IMG/VR virus record: IMGVR_UViG_3300044700_000691
Location: 152,816 to 216,815 of that record
Reading direction: 5' to 3' (one strand)
DNA: 64,000 bases
Under the pieces are notes generated by a model that saw nothing but the letters and a program-made list of their open reading frames with translations, did not search any database and was not told the DNA's origin. Within the stretch, counting starts at the first letter, position 1; every line of letters starts with the position of its first letter. Positions 17,849 to 26,889 of the stretch are shown in pieces. Both the position numbers and the translations under genes were made by a program.

Positions 17849-20743
17849 TTATTCTTGAGGAGCAGTTGAGAATGAATCCATGTTAAGATCTATTCCCAAT
17901 AGAGAGTCAGATGAAGTAGATTTAGGTCTAATATTATTAGCCTGTTCAATCTTAAAGTATTTAAGCTGATCATCTGTAATCTTTCCGTTAATTAAAACAT
18001 AGTCTCCTGTGTGTTTACTAACTGCCATAAAATATGTGCCGTCCTGTAAATATCGATCAAACTCAATCTTTAATACTCCATTTAAATAGACACCAGTATT
18101 AAATGTACCGTCTTCTGCGATTGCACCGTTAAATACAGCAGTCAACTCATCTTTGTAGTTCTTATAGATTAGGTTGAATCCGGCTGCTAAAATTTCAACA
18201 ACCTCTTCTTTAGTTGAAGCTTGAACAGCAGCTGTAATTCCTTGGCTAAAATATTCTTTTCTTGGAGTAGCAGAAGCTGATGGTGTAAATGCCGTAGAGT
18301 TTTCAAAATACTCTGGCACTTCCTGTTTAGCTGCAGTAAATAGATCGGCTAAACCTTTTCTAATATAGTTTCCAGTATCTGCTCCCATACCAGTACCGCT
18401 TTGTCCAGTTAATCTAAAATTATCTCCGCTTGATTTAATTTCAATTAAATCTGTCTTAATTTTAATATCGCCCTTATCTCTATTTCCAGCGTTTACCGCA
18501 TCCTTAATTAAGATTGACATTAAAATTTCGCCGCGACCAATGTTTACATTACCAACTGACCCAATTAAATTAAAAAGCTGATCATATAGTGCTGGGCTAA
18601 GACCTGTCGTATCAAATAAGGTTTTTAGATTGCCGTTTGGGCTATTTGTAATATCTTCAAATGTAATAGTTGGATTATCTAAATACACCAATAGGTCATC
18701 GTCTTGATCAAGATCGTCCGCAATTGAAACAATGGTTTTTGCTAAATCTTTATAGCCTTTACCTGTGCCGAGAATATCAAATAACTCTTTATTTACGTCG
18801 TTATGGGTTCTCTTTAATAGTTTTTCAATCTTTTTATAGAGAGCCTCATTATATGGTGCATCAATAATTAAATCAAGCAGGTCACTTTTCTTTTTATCAA
18901 GCTCTGCAACTGAAATCGACTCAGTTAAAAGGGATTCTTCAATCTCCTTTGTCATATTATAAAACTCTGAGTGTAGAGGCTTACTGGTTATGTTTTTATA
19001 CAAAACAAAATCTTGGTTTTTAACTGAATTAACAAGCTCTGCTTCTAGTTCAATTTTAGGTACTTCTACTACCTTTAACTGAGATGGAATTTTTGCGTAT
19101 GGAGCTCTCTTATTAATACGATTTAGGTCAATTACTAAATCTGGCACAAACTCTAAGTTGGTTGCAATTGCTTTAATTGAATAACCTTGGCCAATTGCAC
19201 CAATTAATTCATCTATTCCAACTGAATCTACAGTTGAACCGCCTACTACATAATCTGAAGTTTTTGATAATCGGTCAATTGAATTTTTGACTGTTTCCGA
19301 AGACATTGGAAAAGCTGAACTTCTTTGTCCAGGGTGATACGCTACCATTAAACAAGGAACATCATACTTTCCTTTAATATTAGCTGCGATTTTTTCGTGT
19401 TCTTTACTTAGAGGTTGAAATTTATCTAGGTAAATAACGATTTCAATATCTTTTTTTTTAGTTTGATTTGCTTGAAATTGACTAAAAAAATCTGAGGCAT
19501 CCTCATCTGTACCAAAAAATTGATTAAATGTTGGAAAAAATGCCTCGTTTAATTTATCCTCTGCTGCAAGTTGAACTTTAGCAATTTGGGATTTTAGAGT
19601 TTCTTTCATAGTTTTATTAAAAAAGGTTGAGCTAACTCTAATATTTTTCTTTCTAAATGTATTTAAGAAAACTCTGTACAATTCCTTAAGAGTTTTATCT
19701 GAATCGATTAATCTAATTACCATATCATCATTGATCAAGACACGATTAACATCAAACTCCGGCTTATTTAGGAATTCTGGAGTTGTTATTTCAAGACCGC
19801 GATATTTGCTACCGTGCTCCTGTATAAAATCTTTAAATATTGCATTTATAATTTGAATATAACGTCTTTCAAATGTTGTACCATCTGGCTTAATTGCATC
19901 AAGGTCTGCTTGTGAATAGGTTTCAATAAAATTCATTAAGTCAGCTGTCATAATCCAAATGTAATCATCAGTCTTTGGTGCAGCTACTCTGTCTTGTGCC
20001 TTTTCCTTTGCTCTTGCTTGGAAAACCGGGTCAACTAATTTTGCTAAAAATACTGAATCTTCTCCGCCTGGTTCATAGAATCTAAAAACAATACCTTCGA
20101 TATCTTTGTCAGCGGTGTCTCTTAAAAAAGAGGTTCTAAGTTCAGGATTAAGAACATTAATAATGTATTTGGTAAAAGATGCAGTTTTAAATTTTCCAAC
20201 TAACTCATCAAGCGGAGTATAGACAAAATCTAAAATTTTCTCTTTTTGATCATCTGTTAGTTTTCCTTGAAAAATAATTGGTGGGCGCTCGATATCTAAA
20301 ATATCCGCCCATTTGTCTAATTCTGCCTTATCTTGGATAGTCTCAGCCTGTTCGCCAGCTTTATCCAATATATGAATATAACTTAGGATCAAGTGGTTTT
20401 TAGGTAATCTATCGTATTGTATTGATTGAGCAGTCGGTGAACTAAAATACTCCATTCCAAAATGATAGTTACATGGAAGTTTTTCAATTGAGTCAGCCGA
20501 TAATTCATCGAAGTGTTTAAGTGCAGGGTTATAGTATGAACTTAGGACACGATCTACACCTGTTAATTTAGTATTACGTTTAAAAAATTCAAATGGTTCT
20601 TCGGAATTTCCACAATTTCTTTGTGCACCAAAAAATGCACCGTCCATTTTTTCGTTAACAATAACTTCTTTATTAAGAAGAGCCTCTAAAAATTCTTTGC
20701 CCTTTTTTTCGTAAATGTCCTTTAAGTGGTTTAGTCCTGCCAT
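17849..20743 (-). CDS. 964-aa multidomain protein: RNA/DNA-ligase-like nucleotidyltransferase + degenerate cytidylyltransferase + PD-(D/E)xK-like nuclease
   Basis: EKMDG (motif I), GMEYF, IEGIVFR (IV), AKLVDPVF (V); YLDKFQPLSKEH (HxGH-like); GRGEIL...GDIKI...IEIKS. Confidence 0.65.
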   Translation of the reverse strand: MAGLNHLKDIYEKKGKEFLEALLNKEVIVNEKMDGAFFGAQRNCGNSEEPFEFFKRNTKLTGVDRVLSSYYNPALKHFDELSADSIEKLPCNYHFGMEYFSSPTAQSIQYDRLPKNHLILSYIHILDKAGEQAETIQDKAELDKWADILDIERPPIIFQGKLTDDQKEKILDFVYTPLDELVGKFKTASFTKYIINVLNPELRTSFLRDTADKDIEGIVFRFYEPGGEDSVFLAKLVDPVFQARAKEKAQDRVAAPKTDDYIWIMTADLMNFIETYSQADLDAIKPDGTTFERRYIQIINAIFKDFIQEHGSKYRGLEITTPEFLNKPEFDVNRVLINDDMVIRLIDSDKTLKELYRVFLNTFRKKNIRVSSTFFNKTMKETLKSQIAKVQLAAEDKLNEAFFPTFNQFFGTDEDASDFFSQFQANQTKKKDIEIVIYLDKFQPLSKEHEKIAANIKGKYDVPCLMVAYHPGQRSSAFPMSSETVKNSIDRLSKTSDYVVGGSTVDSVGIDELIGAIGQGYSIKAIATNLEFVPDLVIDLNRINKRAPYAKIPSQLKVVEVPKIELEAELVNSVKNQDFVLYKNITSKPLHSEFYNMTKEIEESLLTESISVAELDKKKSDLLDLIIDAPYNEALYKKIEKLLKRTHNDVNKELFDILGTGKGYKDLAKTIVSIADDLDQDDDLLVYLDNPTITFEDITNSPNGNLKTLFDTTGLSPALYDQLFNLIGSVGNVNIGRGEILMSILIKDAVNAGNRDKGDIKIKTDLIEIKSSGDNFRLTGQSGTGMGADTGNYIRKGLADLFTAAKQEVPEYFENSTAFTPSASATPRKEYFSQGITAAVQASTKEEVVEILAAGFNLIYKNYKDELTAVFNGAIAEDGTFNTGVYLNGVLKIEFDRYLQDGTYFMAVSKHTGDYVLINGKITDDQLKYFKIEQANNIRPKSTSSDSLLGIDLNMDSFSTAPQE

Positions 20744-20758
20744 AAATTTAAATTAGTA

Positions 20759-21259
20759 TTAGTCCAAAGATCCGTATTTTCCTGCTCCCATATCCTTTGC
20801 AAAATCTTTGCCAGCCTTTGAAGAAACGCTAAGGCTAATGCCTTTTAGTAAACCAGCATCCTCTGGGTTCTCTTCAAAATAGGTAATTAAGCTAGCTAGG
20901 TTAACATTTTGATATGGTTGAATTGTTCCTTCTGGTAGTTTTTTTTCTAATTCTCTACCAGATGAATAGTCTTTCCAGTTAAGATTCCAACAATAAAATC
21001 TAACTTCTTCTTTCATTTTTGTTGTATAGTAACGGTCAACATCTGCAAGTCTGGCTTGAACTTCAGAAAGATCAGTTTTATATGAAGTCGAGTGGCCATA
21101 GATATCAGCTGGTGTTCCAATGCTTAAACTATCTGATGTAATATCAGTCAATTTAACTAGTTGGTCCATAAGTTCCTGAAATGGTAATCCTTTAAGTGCC
21201 TCAGATTCTTCTGCTTCGTTTAGGAACTGCTTAAAGTTTCCAATAGTGCGTTTTGTCAT
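20759..21259 (-). CDS. hypothetical protein with capsid-targeting-like N-terminus
   Basis: TIGNFKQFLNEAE; follows GATAAATA at 21282-21289. Confidence 0.7.
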   Translation of the reverse strand: MTKRTIGNFKQFLNEAEESEALKGLPFQELMDQLVKLTDITSDSLSIGTPADIYGHSTSYKTDLSEVQARLADVDRYYTTKMKEEVRFYCWNLNWKDYSSGRELEKKLPEGTIQPYQNVNLASLITYFEENPEDAGLLKGISLSVSSKAGKDFAKDMGAGKYGSLD

Positions 21260-21280
21260 TTTATAGTTGCCTATTTCTGA

Positions 21281-21880
21281 TTATTTATCCCGAACTAATC
21301 TTTGGATTAACTCGCAAAACTCATCAACTGAGTCTTGACTAAAATTATTTGTAAAATGGTCAAAGGAATTACCTTCACGAGCATCTTTAAATCTAAATGG
21401 CGCATCTTCAATCAATTTTAGCATAAGTCGCTTTTCTTCTTTTGCTGAAACTAATCCATCCCATAGGTCTTTTTTGCGAGCCTGATCCTGTTTAAATTCA
21501 TCTGGTGCATCAATCATAATAGTTTTGCAGTTTTGGTAGCCCGGTCTTTTAATTAAGCCATATAGCTCAGATTGAGCTTGACTAAATTCCAAGCGATTCC
21601 AAATGGTTGCCCAAGTAGCTGCGGTAATATGAGCTCTATCAAATACAAAAATCTTATCGGGAAAATGCTCATGTAGATCAAGTATTGTCATAATATTACC
21701 CATACTAAAATAGTGAATACCAGAATCAGATTTATCCCATTCTTTAACTATTGCTGAATATTCATCAGCTAGGTAAAATTTATAATAAAATAGATTTAAT
21801 TCATCACCGTGTAGCTTAACCAGTTGATTAAGTAAATGGGTTTTGCCTGAGTGACGGGTACCTTCAATAAAAATTATCAT
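21281..21880 (-). CDS. deoxynucleoside monophosphate (thymidylate-type) kinase
   Basis: MIIFIEGTRHSGKT P-loop and FVFDRAH motif. Confidence 0.7.
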   Translation of the reverse strand: MIIFIEGTRHSGKTHLLNQLVKLHGDELNLFYYKFYLADEYSAIVKEWDKSDSGIHYFSMGNIMTILDLHEHFPDKIFVFDRAHITAATWATIWNRLEFSQAQSELYGLIKRPGYQNCKTIMIDAPDEFKQDQARKKDLWDGLVSAKEEKRLMLKLIEDAPFRFKDAREGNSFDHFTNNFSQDSVDEFCELIQRLVRDK

Positions 21881-22407
21881 GAGTATTTAAGTTGTATTCT
21901 TTCTCTTGATAATATACCAATATTTCCATTAATTTGGAGCAATTCGGTCTTATCAACAAACCAATATTCAATTGATTTTGTAATCTTACTTAGGTATGGA
22001 TCTTTAGTGTATTTGTCTATTTGAACTAGAGAATCTTCAAATATTCGGATTTTATCAAAAGACGGCCCGACTGTATCTAAATATTCAAGTAGCATTTGCG
22101 GCTTATCTGTATTACGCTCGCATAGAATAATTTGGTTAAATGTTTTGGTAATTCCAAAATTATCTAAAACTGCCTCCATTGCCTTTCTGGTTGCAGCTAC
22201 CCGGTGGCTTAGAATTATTGTAGTGTGATCCTTATCCAGTTTGTTAAAAACCGACTCGATTAGTTGCAATCTATATAGATTGGTATTTAGGGATTTTGGA
22301 TTATCGAACCACTCATATGGTTTTTTGAACTCTGTACCAGCATGGGTAAATGGGGGAACCCTAAATAAGGTTTCATCAAAATCTACGACGTTTAAAACTT
22401 TCTCCAT
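21877..22407 (-). CDS. HAD-superfamily phosphatase (Swiss-Army-Knife RNA-repair HAD-like)
   Basis: VVDFDETLFRVP motif I, ILSHR, IFEDS; start moved to MEKV at 22407. Confidence 0.75.
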   Translation of the reverse strand: MEKVLNVVDFDETLFRVPPFTHAGTEFKKPYEWFDNPKSLNTNLYRLQLIESVFNKLDKDHTTIILSHRVAATRKAMEAVLDNFGITKTFNQIILCERNTDKPQMLLEYLDTVGPSFDKIRIFEDSLVQIDKYTKDPYLSKITKSIEYWFVDKTELLQINGNIGILSRERIQLKYS

Positions 22408-22444
22408 ATGAAATAAATAACTTTGAAATAATATTATACTAAAA

Positions 22445-22906
22445 TTGAACTTAGAGTTTATAAAAGGGGAGTACGAAGGTAACAGAGTTAACTTGGTTAG
22501 GGAAACTATCCAAAGAAAACAGCCATTTTCCATCTTTACTTTCAGCAACCCAAAGATTTATCGTCAATTTTTAACAGATTTATCCAAATTTGCAACCTTG
22601 CCGTATGTTCGTCAAACATTTATGACAAATCATCAAATGGGAGGCTATCCTATCATCTATCCAAGCATCTTTATAACTAATGTTGGATCAGCCGTATCTG
22701 ATCAAGACTTTAAAAATATGATGCTAGGCAGTTTAAAACAGTACCATATCGATTCTATAATTTGTCTCTATGCAGGTCAAATTAGTTCCTATTATAAAAA
22801 TGGAGACAGGCACTCCATTGGAACAGATATCTACACTTCACTCAATCCACAAGAATTTGATACATATTATTTTAAGGTTGAGAGTACTTGTTACACCTTT
22901 GTTTAA
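22445..22906 (+). CDS. hypothetical protein
   Basis: 153-aa ORF (TTG start) heading the uvsY-uvsW island. Confidence 0.6.
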   Translation: MNLEFIKGEYEGNRVNLVRETIQRKQPFSIFTFSNPKIYRQFLTDLSKFATLPYVRQTFMTNHQMGGYPIIYPSIFITNVGSAVSDQDFKNMMLGSLKQYHIDSIICLYAGQISSYYKNGDRHSIGTDIYTSLNPQEFDTYYFKVESTCYTFV

Positions 22907-22937
22907 ACCTTAGGGCCAGTACCAAGTAAAAGAAGAT

Positions 22938-23387
22938 ATGGAATTCGAACAACAATCACCAGAAGTTAAAAAGAGTTTATCTGATGTTTTTTCAGCAAAG
23001 CGTAAAGCTGTGTCTGAAGAGGTACAGGAAGGAATTGGTTATATGAGTAATATAAAGCGACTCGCTGATGCCCAAGTCTACTTTTTAAGCTTGCGTCAAC
23101 GATTGCTTGAGGAAAACCATACCCTAATTGAACACTTCAATCGCTACAAAAAGAAATATAGAGAACAAAAAGGAGACGAGTGGGAAGCAGTCTCCAGAAC
23201 ATCCCAGCTAAGATACAATTCTAACGAAAAGACTACTATTGTCGACGGAAAAACGTCTATTATCAAAGAAACGATCGACCAGATCGAAAGCCAAATTCAA
23301 TTTTATCAAGACACAATCAAGACAGTAGACGCCGCGCTTTTTGGTACAAAAACTAGACTTGATATTGAAAAGATGCTGGGTGTGTAA
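22938..23387 (+). CDS. uvsY: recombination mediator UvsY-like
   Basis: Helical 149 aa, C-terminal FYQDTIKTVD...FGTKTRLDIEK; directly before UvsW as in T4-like phages. Confidence 0.6.
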   Translation: MEFEQQSPEVKKSLSDVFSAKRKAVSEEVQEGIGYMSNIKRLADAQVYFLSLRQRLLEENHTLIEHFNRYKKKYREQKGDEWEAVSRTSQLRYNSNEKTTIVDGKTSIIKETIDQIESQIQFYQDTIKTVDAALFGTKTRLDIEKMLGV

Positions 23388-23402
23388 AAACATCCAAAGA
23401 GT

Positions 23403-24965
23403 TTGCTAAAGTTTAAGTTAACACCAGATAAAAGATATTTTCAATTAATACATAATGACCTTAAAAAAGAACTGGTTGATCTTAAGAACTTTTTTAAAAA
23501 ACGAGCTAAAGGCTATCACTTCAGTCCGCTATTTCAGCGTCGCCTTTGGGACGGTTACGATAAATTTATTGATCGTGAAAACCGAATTGGCGTAGGGTTA
23601 TGGTATCAAATCAAACAGTTTAGCCAAATTTATGGTCATGAAATTGAGTTAGATGGCTTAGATTCTCTGCTTAATCTTGAATTTACAAAGGATCAACTTG
23701 ATAAATTTGCAAGCGTCCTATTAGATGGAGTTGATCTTACTCCATACGATTACCAAATGGAAGCTGCCTACCGTGCACTTAAATTTAAGTTTAGCGCTCA
23801 GGAATTAGCAACATCAGCCGGTAAAACCCTAATCCTATTTTTATATCTAAGTTTCCTTAAACGTAAGGGAATTATTAATGGTAAAGATAAAAAGGCTCTA
23901 ATCGTAGTGCCTAATATCTCACTAGTTGGCCAAACTGCAGAAAAATTTATGAAAGACTATCATACTGGTCTAATTAACTGGAATATCCTTGAAGTTGGTG
24001 GTAAAAACAAATACTCAGACAAGAAATTTGAAGATGCTGACCTGGTTATTTCAACATATCAAAGTTTAGCAAAACGCGATGGAGATTTTTTTAAGAAATT
24101 TACCGTACTGTGTATTGATGAGTGCCATACTTCAAGAGGCGATACAATTAAAGATATTCTTCTAGCCTCAACCAATGTTGAATATAAGCTGGGTCTATCT
24201 GGAACAATTCAAGTAGATGAAGATTTTTCTGATTTCTATAAAATCCAAGAATACATTGGCCCTCTAAGCATGACTCTTAAATCAAGCTTTTTAATTGAAA
24301 ACAAACATTCGCCTGATGTTTACATCAAGATGCTTTTCTTAAAATATCCTGAAACTGAACCTTTTATCCAAAACTATAAGTATATGCAGGAGCACGGTAA
24401 AAGTCAATTTCATCGTATTGAAGACTATGGCAAAAACATGTTTCAAATGGAAAAGGATTTTATTATTTCATATGAACCGCGTGTAGATTTTATTTCGTCA
24501 CTAGTCCAAAAACTAGGCGGCAACTCACTGATACTATTCATTAATGTGAAGGACAAATATGGTCAACGTATTAAAGAAAGAATTTTAGAATGGAATCCAA
24601 ATTCATTCTATATTGATGGTGAAGTAAGTGGAGATCATCGAGCCGAATATAAAGATGCAATGGAAGCTGGGTCTAATGTGGCCCTAGTTGCAAGCTATGC
24701 AACCTTTGCGACTGGTATTGACTTAAAGAATGTGCAAAATATTATTTTTGCAGAAAGCTATAAATCTGAAATTACTATTCGACAAGCAGTCGGTCGTGGA
24801 ATGCGAAAGTTGGCTGGAAAAAGCAAGGTAACAATTTACGATCTAGTTGATGATCTAAGTGGTTATATTGTAAAGCACGGTAAAGTTCGTGAGAAAATTT
24901 ATGAAAAGGAACAGTGGATTGTGTCTAAACACAGCTACGATTTAAGTAAATTTCTTAAGGATTAA
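23403..24965 (+). CDS. uvsW: SF2 DNA helicase UvsW
   Basis: YQMEA Q-motif, LATSAGKT, DECH, GLSGT, TFATGID, QAVGRGMR. Confidence 0.92.
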   Translation: MLKFKLTPDKRYFQLIHNDLKKELVDLKNFFKKRAKGYHFSPLFQRRLWDGYDKFIDRENRIGVGLWYQIKQFSQIYGHEIELDGLDSLLNLEFTKDQLDKFASVLLDGVDLTPYDYQMEAAYRALKFKFSAQELATSAGKTLILFLYLSFLKRKGIINGKDKKALIVVPNISLVGQTAEKFMKDYHTGLINWNILEVGGKNKYSDKKFEDADLVISTYQSLAKRDGDFFKKFTVLCIDECHTSRGDTIKDILLASTNVEYKLGLSGTIQVDEDFSDFYKIQEYIGPLSMTLKSSFLIENKHSPDVYIKMLFLKYPETEPFIQNYKYMQEHGKSQFHRIEDYGKNMFQMEKDFIISYEPRVDFISSLVQKLGGNSLILFINVKDKYGQRIKERILEWNPNSFYIDGEVSGDHRAEYKDAMEAGSNVALVASYATFATGIDLKNVQNIIFAESYKSEITIRQAVGRGMRKLAGKSKVTIYDLVDDLSGYIVKHGKVREKIYEKEQWIVSKHSYDLSKFLKD

Positions 24966-25744
24966 TTAATATGACCGTCTGCAACTTCCTCTTCTAAAAA
25001 ATCTAGAAAATACTGCTTTGCATTTTGCTCAAATTCTCTGTGTTGACGTTGGATTGACTTAAGATCATCTTCAATCTGTTCAAGTTTAGAGTATTCTGCC
25101 TTAAACCATTTAATAGATTCAGTTAATTTATCAGTAATATCCTTTACTGCGTCTTCATCTTCAACTAAACCAAGTTCAGCAAGACGTTTCCATTCAGCAC
25201 TATTAATTGCATTAGCAACGTCTGCAATAGTTTCTTCATCGTAATATTCTTTAGTATCTAAATATTCCTGAATGGTTTCTTCAGCGTATTCTAATAGACG
25301 ATCTGCTCCATTATCTGGTGAAAGGTGAATCCAACCGCCGCTATTGCCGCCCCAACCAACATGTCCAACCCAATCATAAGATTGTTCAATGTCTTCTTGG
25401 AACATTTCGGCTTGGTCCTGTAGCCATCTATACCAAATATCAGAGAGTCTTTCTTCGTCCAGCTCTATGCCAACCTTTGCCAAAACCTCTTCATTATCTG
25501 GCGAATTATAAACCTTTACGTTTAGGGCAAAAAAGTCTCCATTGTATTGATTACGACCTCTGTTTAGATTCCAACCATCTGAAAATATCGAATCGATCTT
25601 GGCCTCAAATAATTCTAGTTTTTCAAGTAAGTCCTTTTCCAACCAAAAATCTCCAAGCTGCTCTGTATAAAAGGCAACTAGCGAATTATTATTTGCCTTT
25701 ACGTATTCTCTACTAAAATTTTCAAATAGTTTAATATGTTTCAT
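24962..25744 (-). CDS. acidic hypothetical protein with capsid-targeting-like N-terminus
   Basis: MKHIKLFENF; 260-aa ORF. Confidence 0.75.
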   Translation of the reverse strand: MKHIKLFENFSREYVKANNNSLVAFYTEQLGDFWLEKDLLEKLELFEAKIDSIFSDGWNLNRGRNQYNGDFFALNVKVYNSPDNEEVLAKVGIELDEERLSDIWYRWLQDQAEMFQEDIEQSYDWVGHVGWGGNSGGWIHLSPDNGADRLLEYAEETIQEYLDTKEYYDEETIADVANAINSAEWKRLAELGLVEDEDAVKDITDKLTESIKWFKAEYSKLEQIEDDLKSIQRQHREFEQNAKQYFLDFLEEEVADGHIN

Positions 25745-25745
25745 G

Positions 25746-26198
25746 TTATTCTACTCGACCATCATTTCCATCCATTGCATCATGCACTGAATTTAAATTG
25801 TCCAGGGATGTAGTTAATTGAGAATACATCCAAGACTCTAGTTGCTCGCCTTTAGCCATTCGGTCTTTAATCATATTTGCATAGTCTGCAATTCTTTCAA
25901 GTTGGCCAAATGTCATTTCATTTAATTCAGCTAGGGTATCTCTGCCCTCTGCTTTATTTGTAAATTCTTCAAAAAGAAGTATTGAAGATTCATTAACTGG
26001 TTGGTAAGCTAAGGTTTTGGTTTTTTCTTTAACCGCAGTAGATTTAATTTGTGTAGTTTGACCTTGAGACACCTTAACCGCTAATTCTGTAACCTTGTCT
26101 CTAATCGCACAAATTTTTTGATAGTCCCGTTTAGTTATCTGAGTCGTTGATTCGTTAATTGTAGACAAATAGGTTAAAAACTGGTCGATTTGCGACAT
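25746..26198 (-). CDS. hypothetical protein, probable internal head protein
   Basis: Start moved to MSQI at 26198; internal ESSILLFEEF motif; helical C-terminal module. Confidence 0.7.
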   Translation of the reverse strand: MSQIDQFLTYLSTINESTTQITKRDYQKICAIRDKVTELAVKVSQGQTTQIKSTAVKEKTKTLAYQPVNESSILLFEEFTNKAEGRDTLAELNEMTFGQLERIADYANMIKDRMAKGEQLESWMYSQLTTSLDNLNSVHDAMDGNDGRVE

Positions 26199-26200
26199 AT

Positions 26201-26815
26201 TTAAAGAGATATTTTTGCAGCAATAATTATCCCAAGCACCAATTTGCAATAAATCATTTGGAAATCGTAATACGTCATAATAATATCGTATTGCTTTTTA
26301 TCCATTTTTATTACGTTTGCGCCAGAAGATAATTTATTAATGTTATTTATTAATTGTACAGTCTCTTTGAGTTGAGTTACGCCAATTAGACGCATCAAAA
26401 TATCATTAAACGTACTGTAATTTAGGGTAGAGCGCTCGTCCGCGATCTTTTTTAGCCAGTGTTCAATTACCAGGACAGCATCACGTTTTTTAATAATGTC
26501 CCCAGCGGGTAAAGCCTCATTTATTATATGAACAATATCATCAAGCTCAGTAATTAGGTCTGCCCTAGTACTTAACCAGTCCAGTTCTCTGTCAAAAACT
26601 GAAATTGCAGTAGTTTGCTTTTCTCTAGAATAGACAAAGTTAATAACAAAAGGATTTGTCATTGAATTTGCTGTAATTACAAACTCCCCGTCATCGGCCT
26701 GAGGTCTTTTTAGCTCCTCGGCTTCAATCTGGAAGTCTTGGAATGGAAAGTTTCGCAAAAAAGGATAATTTGCGTAAACTTTAGATAGAGTTCTGTCTTG
26801 TGCTACCAATGCCAT
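26201..26815 (-). CDS. hypothetical protein
   Basis: 204-aa ORF following AATAAATA at 26828-26835. Confidence 0.7.
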   Translation of the reverse strand: MALVAQDRTLSKVYANYPFLRNFPFQDFQIEAEELKRPQADDGEFVITANSMTNPFVINFVYSREKQTTAISVFDRELDWLSTRADLITELDDIVHIINEALPAGDIIKKRDAVLVIEHWLKKIADERSTLNYSTFNDILMRLIGVTQLKETVQLINNINKLSSGANVIKMDKKQYDIIMTYYDFQMIYCKLVLGIIIAAKISL

Positions 26816-26889
26816 GCTAATTTTTATTATTTATTAGTATTATACTAGTAGGTTAAACTAAGAACACCAACCGAGTAAAACACTTAAGT

